A stretch of DNA of 64,000 nt from a virus (IMGVR_UViG_3300047160_003205:1-64000); one strand, 5' to 3'. Positions 47,580 to 56,915 are shown, counted from the stretch's first letter. Made by a program: numbers and translations. The notes: generated from the letters alone by a model not told the origin.

Positions 47580-47759
47580 ATGCTCTCCGCCCTCCTGGCC
47601 ATGGTGATTATCGTTGTCGCTGTCGCGATTGTGTGGTGGATACTTCAGCAAATGCCGCTCCCCGCCCAGTTCCGATGGATTGTGAACATCCTTCTCGGAC
47701 TCATCGCTTTGCTGGTGCTCCTGTACTTTGTGGCGCCAATGTTGCACCTTGTCCACTAG
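47580..47759 (+). CDS. Small two-TM membrane protein (59 aa, below the track cut-off)
   Basis: MLSALLAMVIIVVAVAIVWWILQQMPLPAQFRWIVNILLGLIALLVLLY. Confidence 0.55.
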   Translation: MLSALLAMVIIVVAVAIVWWILQQMPLPAQFRWIVNILLGLIALLVLLYFVAPMLHLVH

Positions 47760-48009
47760 CTAGCACATGTAGCTTGTGGTAGATATACACTGACCCTATC
47801 GTAATCACGACCGTCGCTACACTTATCAATGTGAGAAAGAGCATTCCAAGCGCCACCCCCATCCAGCCTTCGGTGAACCAGCTCCAAACCCGCCGAGCCC
47901 TTCCCCACCCCCGCTTCGCGCACTTGCGCACCTGCCACCACCCCATACGGAGGTCTTCCTTCAAGTCTTCCCACCAGCTCTCGCGGACCTCGTCACTTGG
48001 CATGATCAC
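47701..48009 (-). CDS. Membrane protein
   Basis: One C-terminal TM helix. Confidence 0.45.
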   Translation of the reverse strand: MIMPSDEVRESWWEDLKEDLRMGWWQVRKCAKRGWGRARRVWSWFTEGWMGVALGMLFLTLISVATVVITIGSVYIYHKLHVLASGQGATLAPQSTGAPAKR

Positions 48010-48241
48010 GGATCCAGCTATCAGCGACCATCCGCATGAAAAAGCTTATGGAGAGACGTAGCTTGTGGGCGGCGTCCCGCACAGCGACAAACTCTCCGGG
48101 TGGGAAGTAGACACTAACTGCCACTGTCCTATCCTTCCCGGCCTCCAGTTTTCGCTGGAGTGCCTCTTGTCCAAGACTCCGCCGATTGTAGGGACGTTTC
48201 ATCTCCGTTACGCTCCGTCCCCCTAGTCTAGTTGAAAACAA
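47993..48241 (-). CDS. Ribbon-helix-helix-like small regulator
   Basis: VSVYFPPGEFVAVRDAAHKLRLSISFFMR. Confidence 0.5.
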   Translation of the reverse strand: MFSTRLGGRSVTEMKRPYNRRSLGQEALQRKLEAGKDRTVAVSVYFPPGEFVAVRDAAHKLRLSISFFMRMVADSWIRDHAK

Positions 48242-49956
48242 AAAGAAAGTCGATGACCCGAGGAATTGTCGCGTGGCCTACATGGGGAAACACGAACTTT
48301 GTTGGCCAGTACCAGGCCGAGGAGTGGCCTGAGCCCCCGGAAGACTGGGAGGCTACCCCGCAGCACGACCCGGAAGCTTTCAATGGCAGTGACCTTCCTC
48401 CCGAGAGCGACGCAATTCTGGCGGATGACACGGAGGAGGTGTACCATCCCGGTCTTCACTCCTACGAGGGCGACAAGGGCTACGAGGACCCCGCTGAACT
48501 GACGGTCCTGAAGAGACGGCACGGGCCACTGAATGTGACGGCTCCTCAGCCGGGTCCCCAGATGAGGTTCCTGACGACGGCGGCTGACATCGCCATCTAT
48601 GGCGGGGCGGCGGGCGGCGGGAAGACATGGGCGCTGTTGTTCGAGGCGTCCCGGCACATTAAGAACCCCTACTATGGCGCCGTCATCTTCCGCCGTACCA
48701 GTGTGCAAGTCCGGAATGAGGGTGGCCTGTGGGATGAATCTCTCCGCATGTACCCCGGCCTGGGCGGGGCTCCCCGCGAGCATGACCTTTGGTGGAAGTT
48801 CCCGTCCGGGTCCAATATCTCCTTCGCCCACCTGGAGCACGATAAGAATGCTCACGACTATCAGGGGGCACAGATCCCACTGATCGCCTTCGATGAGCTG
48901 ACACACTTCACGGAAGCCCAGTTCTGGTACATGGTTAGCCGGAACCGCTCCACATGTGGGGTGAAACCCTACATCCGTGCTACGTGCAACCCTGACGTTG
49001 ACAGCTGGGTGGCAAAGTTTATTTCCTGGTGGATAAACCAGGACACTGGCTATGCTTACCCGGAGCGTGCGGGAAAGCTTCGGTACTTTGTCCGCATTGG
49101 TGATAAGCTCCACTGGGCATCTGACCCTAAAGCTCTGTCCCGCTTCCGCAATCCAGTAGACGGGAAGCCCATCAAGCCCAAGTCTGCCACCTTCATCCCG
49201 TCTAAGCTCACCGACAACAAGGTCCTGACCGAGTCCGACCCGGGGTATATGGCGAACCTGTTGGCGCTCCCTCTCGTGGAGAGGGAGCGGTTGCTGAATG
49301 GTAACTGGAAGATACGGTGGACGGGTCAACAATTCTTCAATGTCCAGAACCTACTCGTGAACGGGAGGCCGGTGGCGAACCCCACCAATACGGACAGTGT
49401 CTTCGCTGTACTCGACACAGCAAGTAAGACTGGTCATCAACACGATGGCACGGCTGTCGTCTGGGTTGCGAAGAACAAGTACACTGGATATCCGCTGACG
49501 ATACTGGATTGGGAGACGCTGCAGATCAGCGGGAACCTGTTGGAGAAGTGGTTGCCGTCCGTTTTTATACATGGTGAGAGACTGGCTCGTCGTTACGGCG
49601 CACGCGAAGGGTTCGTGGGTGCTTGGATTGAGGACAAGCAATCCGGAACCATTCTCCTTCAACAGGCACGTCGGCGGAACTTCAACGTCTTCCCGATTGA
49701 ATCCAAGCTGACCCTCTTGGGCAAGGACGAACGCGCACTGAGTGTGAGTGGGTATGTTGGAACGGGGAAGGTCAAGGTAGCTGAAACCGCCTTCAATAAG
49801 ACCCTCACCTATAAGGACATAACGCGGAATCATTTTCTCTCCCAGGTTGAAAGTTTCTCTATTGCCGACCCGGACAATAAGTCCCGGGCCGATGATTTGC
49901 TCGATTGCTTCTGCTACGCTGTCGCTATCGGCCTCGGCGATTGGGAAGGGTTCTGA
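48232..49956 (+). CDS. terL: Terminase large subunit
   Basis: Walker A GGAAGGGKT, Walker B IAFDELTHF, coupling RATCNP, RuvC-like LDTAS...DDLLD. Confidence 0.93.
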   Translation: MKTKRKSMTRGIVAWPTWGNTNFVGQYQAEEWPEPPEDWEATPQHDPEAFNGSDLPPESDAILADDTEEVYHPGLHSYEGDKGYEDPAELTVLKRRHGPLNVTAPQPGPQMRFLTTAADIAIYGGAAGGGKTWALLFEASRHIKNPYYGAVIFRRTSVQVRNEGGLWDESLRMYPGLGGAPREHDLWWKFPSGSNISFAHLEHDKNAHDYQGAQIPLIAFDELTHFTEAQFWYMVSRNRSTCGVKPYIRATCNPDVDSWVAKFISWWINQDTGYAYPERAGKLRYFVRIGDKLHWASDPKALSRFRNPVDGKPIKPKSATFIPSKLTDNKVLTESDPGYMANLLALPLVERERLLNGNWKIRWTGQQFFNVQNLLVNGRPVANPTNTDSVFAVLDTASKTGHQHDGTAVVWVAKNKYTGYPLTILDWETLQISGNLLEKWLPSVFIHGERLARRYGAREGFVGAWIEDKQSGTILLQQARRRNFNVFPIESKLTLLGKDERALSVSGYVGTGKVKVAETAFNKTLTYKDITRNHFLSQVESFSIADPDNKSRADDLLDCFCYAVAIGLGDWEGF

Positions 49957-49959
49957 TGC

Positions 49960-50268
49960 TCATTGGATTAGTCTCTTGTCGCTATCGGCCTCGGCGATTG
50001 GGAAGGCTTCTAGCTCCAGGTTGAACTTGTCCTCCTCCGGCAGCATGTCATTGACGCTAAACAGCAGCGAGTTCATGACAGCCTTCATAAACTCGGCCTT
50101 CTCAATGTTGCTTTGAAGCTGGGTGAAGCGCCGTCCTACGATGGCGCCCAGCACCATACACACCGAGTGAACGGCGTCCCAGCCCTCCATGCCTTTGAGA
50201 AGCGCCAGTATCTCGCGCGCCTTGGCGTTTCGCACCTTAACGGTTTCATCCTCAGTCATAGCTGTCAT
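49960..50268 (-). CDS. Hypothetical protein
   Basis: 102-aa ORF. Confidence 0.5.
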   Translation of the reverse strand: MTAMTEDETVKVRNAKAREILALLKGMEGWDAVHSVCMVLGAIVGRRFTQLQSNIEKAEFMKAVMNSLLFSVNDMLPEEDKFNLELEAFPIAEADSDKRLIQ

Positions 50269-50602
50269 CCGTGTATTCTTGGGTTACGTCCGCCCACTCG
50301 CCCTCCTCAATGCCATTTATCTCCATCCACTTGTCCCAGATGTGAAACATGTTCATGATTTCCATGCCGGTCTTCGGCTGGTTCTTCAGCTTATACACTC
50401 GCCCGGACGCCGTGACCCCTTCATGCTTGATGGGGTCCCATTCCTCGATTGGGCTGCTCACGCGCCCGCTCATGGTTACATGGTTGAACCCCATGAAGTG
50501 TCGGGTGACGGTTGTCCCTTTGACGCGAACTTCAATCACGCGCCAGGGCGATAGCTCCGCCACGGGTTCATCCGAGACGGGGGCGGGAATGTGAATGGGC
50601 AT
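50252..50602 (-). CDS. Conserved hypothetical protein
   Basis: WRV...RHFMG...GRVSSPI...GVTASGRVYKL motif. Confidence 0.6.
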   Translation of the reverse strand: MPIHIPAPVSDEPVAELSPWRVIEVRVKGTTVTRHFMGFNHVTMSGRVSSPIEEWDPIKHEGVTASGRVYKLKNQPKTGMEIMNMFHIWDKWMEINGIEEGEWADVTQEYTDDSYD

Positions 50603-50603
50603 G

Positions 50604-50789
50604 CTAGCCTCCTCCAGTAAAGGTATTCGCGATCACATCTACGATGAAGATGATCCCCATCAGCAGGAGTAGCACCAGAAAGCACAGGCCTAGGGCGGCA
50701 GCAATGAATCGCATCGCGTCCCTCTCCGCGACAGCCCTCTCGATCTTAGTCGTCATAAGCCCTCTCCTCCCGCGCTTTTGCCCGCTCAC
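50604..50789 (-). CDS. Small membrane protein
   Basis: One TM helix. Confidence 0.45.
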   Translation of the reverse strand: MSGQKRGRRGLMTTKIERAVAERDAMRFIAAALGLCFLVLLLLMGIIFIVDVIANTFTGGG

Positions 50790-51780
50790 GCGCAGCTTTC
50801 TGCTTAAGGGCCACGGACTTCATATGCTGCCGCCGCCGCTCGCGCTCCTCATCAGTGATCTTCATCCTCCAACCAATGGGGTGTAAGCGGCCCACCCTGT
50901 GTGTGGATTGAATATCGGGGAGCGGCCCGAGGTCGGTGGGAATGTCGGGCGTCGTCCCCAGAGGGATGGGTAGCCCCTTCCCCCGCGCGTATTCATACCG
51001 CCCTCTATTCTGCGCCTTTAGCATTTCCTCATTTGTCAGTGCCCGGGGCTTCCGTCCCCGTTTCGCTGGATTGTTCACTCGTTGATACCCCCGGTAGTTC
51101 AGTGACAGGTTCTTCGGCAACATTATCCTGTAGCGACGCACGCACAACACCAGGACCTGGCGGATGCGCTCACGCGACACGCCGTGAACCTCCCCGGTCG
51201 CTTTCAGCGTCTCCAGCCGGATGTAGTCCCGCACGATATTCGCCCAGTACTCGGGCATGGACGGATAGATCGCGGCATTGTGCTCCTCGATCTCACGCGC
51301 CCGCGCCTTCTCCGCGTCATGCGCGAACCACACCTTCGCTTCCTCTTCCAACCGCGCTTCCTCCGCTTCCCTTTTATCCAGTGCCCTGATGTCGTCCGCC
51401 TTCAGTGTCGCCTCCGCCATCACTTCCGGGTCCGTCAACCAGAACTTACTGACCGTGATCGGGTTCACGCCGCCGTACTTGTCGTACACATGGGATGCGA
51501 CCCGGCCCGCGAGGATTTCGCTCACCACTGCGACCTTAAAGGCGTGTGGATACCTGGAGGGATACTTTGGCGCGCCCCATGCCGCCGCCCGCTCGCGGCG
51601 GCGCGCGTGCCCCAGCTTGCGGTCCTCGCGGGTGAAGCGGACCCTGTAGATTTTGGCGGCGGACTCCAGCTGTTTCACCCGGAAGCCCAGGGCTTTCGCG
51701 ATGTCGATGCGGCTCACCCCTTCGGCGGCCAGCTTCCTGAGAAGCTTCTGCTTCTCGTCCGTCCAAATCCGCCTGCCCAT
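50746..51780 (-). CDS. Multi-HTH regulator (GcrA-like N-terminal HTH, sigma region 4-like HTH)
   Basis: WTDEKQKLLRKLAAEGVSRIDIAKALG; TLKATGEVHGVSRERIRQ. Confidence 0.65.
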   Translation of the reverse strand: MGRRIWTDEKQKLLRKLAAEGVSRIDIAKALGFRVKQLESAAKIYRVRFTREDRKLGHARRRERAAAWGAPKYPSRYPHAFKVAVVSEILAGRVASHVYDKYGGVNPITVSKFWLTDPEVMAEATLKADDIRALDKREAEEARLEEEAKVWFAHDAEKARAREIEEHNAAIYPSMPEYWANIVRDYIRLETLKATGEVHGVSRERIRQVLVLCVRRYRIMLPKNLSLNYRGYQRVNNPAKRGRKPRALTNEEMLKAQNRGRYEYARGKGLPIPLGTTPDIPTDLGPLPDIQSTHRVGRLHPIGWRMKITDEERERRRQHMKSVALKQKAARERAKAREERAYDD

Positions 51781-51826
51781 CGGCCCTTCCGCTCGGATAT
51801 AGTCTAGCCGGTCGGAGAAAGAAAGT

Positions 51827-52237
51827 CTATGGCCCCGGTTCGTACATCGCCGCGACCTTCAGCAAGACATTGAGCGTTTCCTCAGCATTGCTCACCTGCT
51901 CGGCATATTTCTCTAACCGCGCTCGCGCTGCGCTAATGTCGCGCTTCGCGGCCCGCATGTCACGCTTCCAGTACTTGATGTCATCCTGGATCTTCTCGAT
52001 GTAGTAGTCGTAGGGCGTGGTCTTGACGACCACTTCCTTCGCGTCCGTCAGGCCGGGGATGTTGGACTGTGACAGCGATGGCTGAGCCAGTCCCTCCCCG
52101 ATGTCGATTGCGGTCTTAAGGTGCTCAGCCGCTTGCCGCGCTAGTTCTCGTGCCTCTGGGCCCACAGGATCAGTCCTCTCCGGATAGGGGTTAGTGAAAG
52201 TCGCGTTAGCCTTGCCTATGATGTCTTCTTCAGCCAT
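51827..52237 (-). CDS. Hypothetical coiled-coil protein
   Basis: 136-aa ORF. Confidence 0.55.
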   Translation of the reverse strand: MAEEDIIGKANATFTNPYPERTDPVGPEARELARQAAEHLKTAIDIGEGLAQPSLSQSNIPGLTDAKEVVVKTTPYDYYIEKIQDDIKYWKRDMRAAKRDISAARARLEKYAEQVSNAEETLNVLLKVAAMYEPGP

Positions 52238-52953
52238 GGGAATAGCCTTTCATGCCACCCCCGTCGCCTAACCACATGGACCTTTGCCAGTGGGTACTTC
52301 TTCCTTAGCTTTTCCGCCATTTCCTCAGTACGACACATCAGTTCGCGGATGATGACCCGCTCGGCGCGCCACCCCCGAACTCCCAACACATAGCGGTCAT
52401 AGCGTTCCACGACCCCGGTGATAATCTTCACTTTATTCCCCGCCGGGCGGCCAGCGCTAGTTATGGCTTCGCCCCGGTCGGGGTGCCTCTTATGCATCCA
52501 GTTTCGCGGCAGCAGCCTCGCATGGATTCCGGCGTGCCCCCGCGCGCCTAGGTCCTCATCGTCAAAGTAGTTCGCTTCCAGTTCTTCGTCGGGCCACGGC
52601 GTCCCTTGGAAGGGCGAATATAGCCCTTCAAACTTCTCGGCCCACATGCCGTAGTGCTGCGATCCGTCAGGACGGATAATCATGCGCGGCGCTATCCGGA
52701 AGCTTTCATACCAGAACCAGAACTTCCAGCCCAGGTGACTTCGGCGCTTCTCCCATGGCCAGAGCCACCAGCGTATAGACCGGCCCCAACTCATGCGAGC
52801 GAATGCCGCGATAATCCCTATGGTGATGAGAGGCGTGGAGGCCGAAGTGATCCAACCCGTTATATGGAAGGCGTCCCGCACGCCTTCCACCACGAGTATC
52901 AGGCCGAGGTTGAGCGCCCCCGCCGCGACGCCCATAAATAGTGGGCGCTTCAT
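52216..52953 (-). CDS. Membrane-anchored protein
   Basis: Two N-terminal TM segments; GxHA...GVRGWRAE soluble part. Confidence 0.55.
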   Translation of the reverse strand: MKRPLFMGVAAGALNLGLILVVEGVRDAFHITGWITSASTPLITIGIIAAFARMSWGRSIRWWLWPWEKRRSHLGWKFWFWYESFRIAPRMIIRPDGSQHYGMWAEKFEGLYSPFQGTPWPDEELEANYFDDEDLGARGHAGIHARLLPRNWMHKRHPDRGEAITSAGRPAGNKVKIITGVVERYDRYVLGVRGWRAERVIIRELMCRTEEMAEKLRKKYPLAKVHVVRRRGWHERLFPWLKKTS

Positions 52954-53132
52954 ACACGCTCTTTCTCGCGGGCTGGAGTCTTTAGGGGCTCACGCGGCGT
53001 CGGCACTTCCCGCTTCGCAGGCCAGGGCGGCACCTCCACCTTCCGGGTTCCATGCTCAATTACCTTGCCGATGTCCACGGTTTCCTCTTGCGGTTGTAGA
53101 TTTTCCCCGACGCGATGGTCTTGGGGCGGCAT
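52950..53132 (-). CDS. Hypothetical protein
   Basis: 60-aa coupled ORF. Confidence 0.4.
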   Translation of the reverse strand: MPPQDHRVGENLQPQEETVDIGKVIEHGTRKVEVPPWPAKREVPTPREPLKTPAREKERV

Positions 53133-53177
53133 TGCCCTTGCGGCGACCGCACAGCCCTAGCGATGGGATTGCGCACC

Positions 53178-53603
53178 TTAACCTTTTTCATCTTCAAGGC
53201 CGAGTGCCTCCCGTTCCTCAGGCGTGAGCTTTGCTAAGGCTGCGCGCTTGAGAATTGCTTTTGCCCGCTGGTTGACTCGCGCCAGTTTCGCCTTCGCATC
53301 CGCCCGCTGATGCGCTTCCCACCAGTCGGCCAGCCTTCTCGCGATTTGGACATGGGCGTCATAGACGATGGTCTCCATCTCCAGTGGCGCTAGAGCCTGC
53401 AGCCTCGCACACATGAACTGGGCGAGCTTATCCAGGTCTGCGACCTTTCCCTCCCCCCGCTCCACCTTGATGATCCACACCGGGACCGTCTCGTGAAGCT
53501 CAGTGAGAAGGTAGGCCGCCATCTTCCCCATCCGCTTCAGCCGCGCTGGGCGCGGGTCGGGGCGGGCCGGCACCCCATTGTCCCAGTTATCATGGCACGG
53601 CAT
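53178..53603 (-). CDS. Conserved phage hypothetical protein
   Basis: MPCHD start; WWEAHQRAD...ALAKLTPEEREALGL. Confidence 0.65.
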   Translation of the reverse strand: MPCHDNWDNGVPARPDPRPARLKRMGKMAAYLLTELHETVPVWIIKVERGEGKVADLDKLAQFMCARLQALAPLEMETIVYDAHVQIARRLADWWEAHQRADAKAKLARVNQRAKAILKRAALAKLTPEEREALGLEDEKG

Positions 53604-53772
53604 CTATTCAGTCCTCGTAGTGCCGCAAACGGTGCAGCGGTAGCGCGGTTGATTGTTGTTGCCGGTGGGGGGGCGCTTATTCATAACGCGCCGCGCCCTC
53701 CCATACTCGTGGTCCTGGAAGGTGGACTTACAGTCCGGGTTAACGCAAACGAGAATCATCAGTCATAGCCCC

Positions 53773-54120
53773 CTAGTTGGTGATCTTCTTCATGTCGGTC
53801 CGCAGCTCCTCGTCGGAGAGCTGGCGCGACTTGGCCGGGTCGCCCTCCTTCATGGAGATACCGGCGAGCTTTCCGATATGCGGGTCGTTGCCGACGAGCT
53901 TGTTGCCTTCAAGCTTGAGGACGCCCGACTGTAGCAGGCCATCGATGAGGGTCAGGATGGTCGTGCCGGGCGGTAGGTTGTTGACGATCTCAGGGGGAAG
54001 CACGAACTTCATCCCCATGACCTCGTAGGTCGTCCAATCCTCGGGTGGCGTCTTCTCACCGGCCTTCTCATAGGCTCCGACGAGCTTTTGGACGACGAGC
54101 TTTTGTTTCTTGGTCGCCAT
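53773..54120 (-). CDS. Hypothetical protein
   Basis: 115-aa ORF. Confidence 0.55.
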   Translation of the reverse strand: MATKKQKLVVQKLVGAYEKAGEKTPPEDWTTYEVMGMKFVLPPEIVNNLPPGTTILTLIDGLLQSGVLKLEGNKLVGNDPHIGKLAGISMKEGDPAKSRQLSDEELRTDMKKITN

Positions 54121-54419
54121 CAGTTCACCTTCCTTCGGGCTTGTTCGTATTCATACATTCGCTTCATCCCATCCTCGGTTACGAGGAAGGTGATCTTGAA
54201 TTTGCGTTCCCCCAACACGAGGGCGGACGCGACAGCGTCCACGAAGAACTGGTTCTCGCCTGCTGCCGCCGCGAGCGCCTGAATCCGTTCAGGCTTCACC
54301 CACTCGGAGGTCCCGCCTGATTGCCACCCCATGAGTAGCATGAGGGCACGAGACATGGAGCGTCCTTCCGTCACACTCGACAACATTGGGACCGACGCCG
54401 TGAATTCTTCTAGGGTCAT
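54120..54419 (-). CDS. Hypothetical protein
   Basis: AGCGGAGA RBS; promoter at 54469. Confidence 0.55.
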   Translation of the reverse strand: MTLEEFTASVPMLSSVTEGRSMSRALMLLMGWQSGGTSEWVKPERIQALAAAAGENQFFVDAVASALVLGERKFKITFLVTEDGMKRMYEYEQARRKVN

Positions 54420-54605
54420 CGCAATCTCCGCTCGATCTTCTCCTTATTTTACCTCGAAAGGAAAAGAAAGTATAGACTTACAGCGGCGCTTCCCCTATAC
54501 TCGGAAAGCTAGGGGCCTCGCCCCGACAAAGCAGAGGAGGTTGGTGTTCTCCGCTCCAACTGGATGCGACCCTCCCGCCCCCCAGCGGTAACGCATCCCC
54601 CTAGT

Positions 54606-54653
54606 GGACCCCCGACGTAGAGCCCCCCAGCCCGAGCGTCGGGGGTCCTTTTT
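54606..54653 (+). terminator. Intrinsic terminator-like hairpin
   Basis: GGACCCCCGACG/CGTCGGGGGTCC followed by T5 on the + strand. Confidence 0.5.
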
Positions 54654-54655
54654 CA

Positions 54656-55249
54656 TTAGATACCGAACACGTCGCGGACTTTGTCAATGATCCCGCGCTT
54701 CTCAGGATCAGGCGCGGGTTCAGTCACCTTCGGCACTGGATCGGGGATGCGTTCCACCTCAGGCTCCTCAATCCCACACCATTTTTTGACCCCATCATCA
54801 TTGACCTTCACCGGCCCGTACTTGTTGATGAGCCGCCGAATCTCACCAACATTGGGGGCTTTACTCCCTTCCTTCTCCATCCGCCGGTACTCCATGTCAC
54901 GGATGAACCCGTAGGCCAGGTGCGCCGCCCTCGCCTCGGGCCGGATTTCACGGGTTCGGTGCTTCCGGAGGCTCATGTATTCCTCCATGAGGTCGTCGGC
55001 TAGGGCTTGGTTCTGGTTCCGAACGGCCCAGGGGATACGACCACCGACCCGCTTCTTGGGACCGATGACGGGAACGCCAAAGTGTTCTTCTTTTGAAGTG
55101 AAAGCTGCGATTGTAGCCTTCACCTTTTCCGGCGTGTCCTCGGGACTACGCCGCTTCTTGCCGAGAAGTTTTTGTTCTTCGATGCGGATGCGCTTGGCTT
55201 CAGCCGTGAGGCCCGCAATCTTGACTCTGAGATAGCTCAACATTTCCAT
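54656..55249 (-). CDS. Conserved phage hypothetical protein
   Basis: LRVKIAGLTAEAKRIR...RPEARAAHLAYGFIR..EY. Confidence 0.65.
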   Translation of the reverse strand: MEMLSYLRVKIAGLTAEAKRIRIEEQKLLGKKRRSPEDTPEKVKATIAAFTSKEEHFGVPVIGPKKRVGGRIPWAVRNQNQALADDLMEEYMSLRKHRTREIRPEARAAHLAYGFIRDMEYRRMEKEGSKAPNVGEIRRLINKYGPVKVNDDGVKKWCGIEEPEVERIPDPVPKVTEPAPDPEKRGIIDKVRDVFGI

Positions 55250-55344
55250 CGTTCCTGTGTGTTGGGTTGTTGCCTGAGATCACAGGAACTAAGGAGGCCA
55301 CAGCGGGTATTCAGGTGAACGGCAAGTTATGCGCCTATCAGGAA

Positions 55345-55417
55345 TGGCGGCCTCGCCTGAGAGTCGAACTCAGCGGTATCCAGGATTGAAAGCCCAGCCG
55401 GTCCCACGACGCGAGCC
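55345..55417 (-). tRNA. Degenerate tRNA-Glu(TTC)-like gene with a shrunken D arm
   Basis: Perfect T arm CTGAG-TTCGACT-CTCAG, loop CT-TTC-AA, G73-CCA, bulged acceptor stem, D arm only GTC-GTGG-GAC. Confidence 0.55.
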
Positions 55418-55459
55418 TCCGGGGAAAAAGAAAGCTTACCCCGGAGGCCGTTGCGGCGT

Positions 55460-55717
55460 CTATGTTAAATCAATCTTGAACCCGTGCGATTTCGCCGCAC
55501 AGCGATGAAGCTCGACACGTTGCTCAGGCGTTAGCCCAGTCGCCGTGGCGATAATGTCGAGCCATTGGGGTGATGGGAGCTTACGTCCGTGAATCACCTC
55601 ATTGAGATAACTTACGGACGTTCCGCTGCTCCTTGCTACCCGGTACTGAGACATTCCTGCTGCGTTGAGTGCCGCCGAGACGGAACTCCCCAGCTTATTG
55701 TCACTTGAGGTCGACAT
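55460..55717 (-). CDS. XRE-family HTH regulator
   Basis: MSQYRVARSSGTSVSYLNEVIHGRKLPS; start trimmed to the ATG at 55717. Confidence 0.8.
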   Translation of the reverse strand: MSTSSDNKLGSSVSAALNAAGMSQYRVARSSGTSVSYLNEVIHGRKLPSPQWLDIIATATGLTPEQRVELHRCAAKSHGFKIDLT

Positions 55718-56444
55718 TGTCCACAATGGGCTCCTCGGGTTTCCCAGGGGTCGGAATGGGGCTAAGAGACGCCATGGGAGGTAGGTTGGCGCCGAGGGGC
55801 GCATTCTTCTTCCACCCAGTCGGGTCCCCAGAGGCCAGCTTCTGAGCGTCAGAGTAGCCGGCACTCATGGATGCCCCCCGCGCGAAGCTGGAGGTGTTCT
55901 GGGCGGTCGCCGCGAAGGCATTCTGGGTCGCTACGCGGTCCTTACTGTAGCTAAGGGTGCTACCCCGAGCGATCCCGTACTGAGATGCCTGGGCATACGC
56001 ATCGACTCCGCACCCCATGAAGATGAACTGCCACCCGAGGGCGGTCTTCTCCTTAATGAGAGACTGAAGCTCGATGGTCGTGTGCTCCCGGGAAGCGTTC
56101 TCGACCCCATCCGTCTGGATGGCGATCACGACCTTAGACCCTCGGTTCTTCTCCAGGGCCACCGCTTCCTCGACCGCCTTAATGGTCTTTACGGCGGCGT
56201 CCACGAGCGGGGTCCAGGCTCTCGGCAGGTAGGTCGTGCCCGTGAGCTTCGGCGCTTCGCTCACCGGGACATTCTTACAGGTCGTCTCGATGCTGATGGA
56301 ATCGAACTGGACCAGGCTGAACGTCATGTCGGCTGGGTCTTCCTGGAGCTTGTCCAGATAGCCGTTGTAGGCTCCGATGGTGTCGTCTTTTACGGCCTCC
56401 ATTGAGCCGCTCTTATCAAGCAAGAAGGTTACAATCGTTCCCAT
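55701..56444 (-). CDS. vWA-domain protein
   Basis: MIDAS motif LLDKSGSM, TPL, TDGVENAS. Confidence 0.88.
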   Translation of the reverse strand: MGTIVTFLLDKSGSMEAVKDDTIGAYNGYLDKLQEDPADMTFSLVQFDSISIETTCKNVPVSEAPKLTGTTYLPRAWTPLVDAAVKTIKAVEEAVALEKNRGSKVVIAIQTDGVENASREHTTIELQSLIKEKTALGWQFIFMGCGVDAYAQASQYGIARGSTLSYSKDRVATQNAFAATAQNTSSFARGASMSAGYSDAQKLASGDPTGWKKNAPLGANLPPMASLSPIPTPGKPEEPIVDNVDLK

Positions 56445-56513
56445 TGCGGGCTCCTTTCGCTACCGGAGAATACTACGCTAGTAGCGAATGAGCCGCAATG
56501 CGATTTTTACTGG

Positions 56514-56915
56514 TTAGAAGCGGTCACGGTCGTGATCGCGGTCGTGGCCTCGGTCATGATCGTGTTCGTGATGCTCGCGGTCGCCGTGATGCTCGCGGTC
56601 CCGGTCGAAGTCGTGATCACGTTCACCCCGGAACTCGCGTCCATGCCCGCGTTCCCAGCGGTCGCGGTCCCAGCCTCTCCAGCCTTCGCCACCGCCCCAA
56701 CCATAGCCACGGTACCAGGCATAGTCGCACCAGTACCAGCCGGGGCCGTTCCAGCCATCGTCGTACCAGCAGTACTGATGGCCATTGAAGACGTAATCCT
56801 CAATGTCTTCGAAGGGATCGAAGTGTCGAAAGTGTCGCCATTGAGCCTGGGCCGGTGGCGCCATGCCGGTGACGACGAGTGAGGCCGCCGCAGCAGCCAT
56901 AAGGGCTAGTTTCAT
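56514..56915 (-). CDS. Secreted protein with Trp/Gly core and Asp/His/Arg repeat tail
   Basis: Signal peptide; YCWYDDGWNGPGWYWC; tail of (D/E)HDR repeats. Confidence 0.7.
   Translation of the reverse strand: MKLALMAAAAASLVVTGMAPPAQAQWRHFRHFDPFEDIEDYVFNGHQYCWYDDGWNGPGWYWCDYAWYRGYGWGGGEGWRGWDRDRWERGHGREFRGERDHDFDRDREHHGDREHHEHDHDRGHDRDHDRDRF

Noticed and set aside
48223-49332. 369-aa minus-strand ORF, and similar long antisense ORFs over dnaE, portal, the SCM gene and 28443-29138
   Set aside because: They lie antisense to well-supported genes in GC-rich sequence and show no recognisable motifs.
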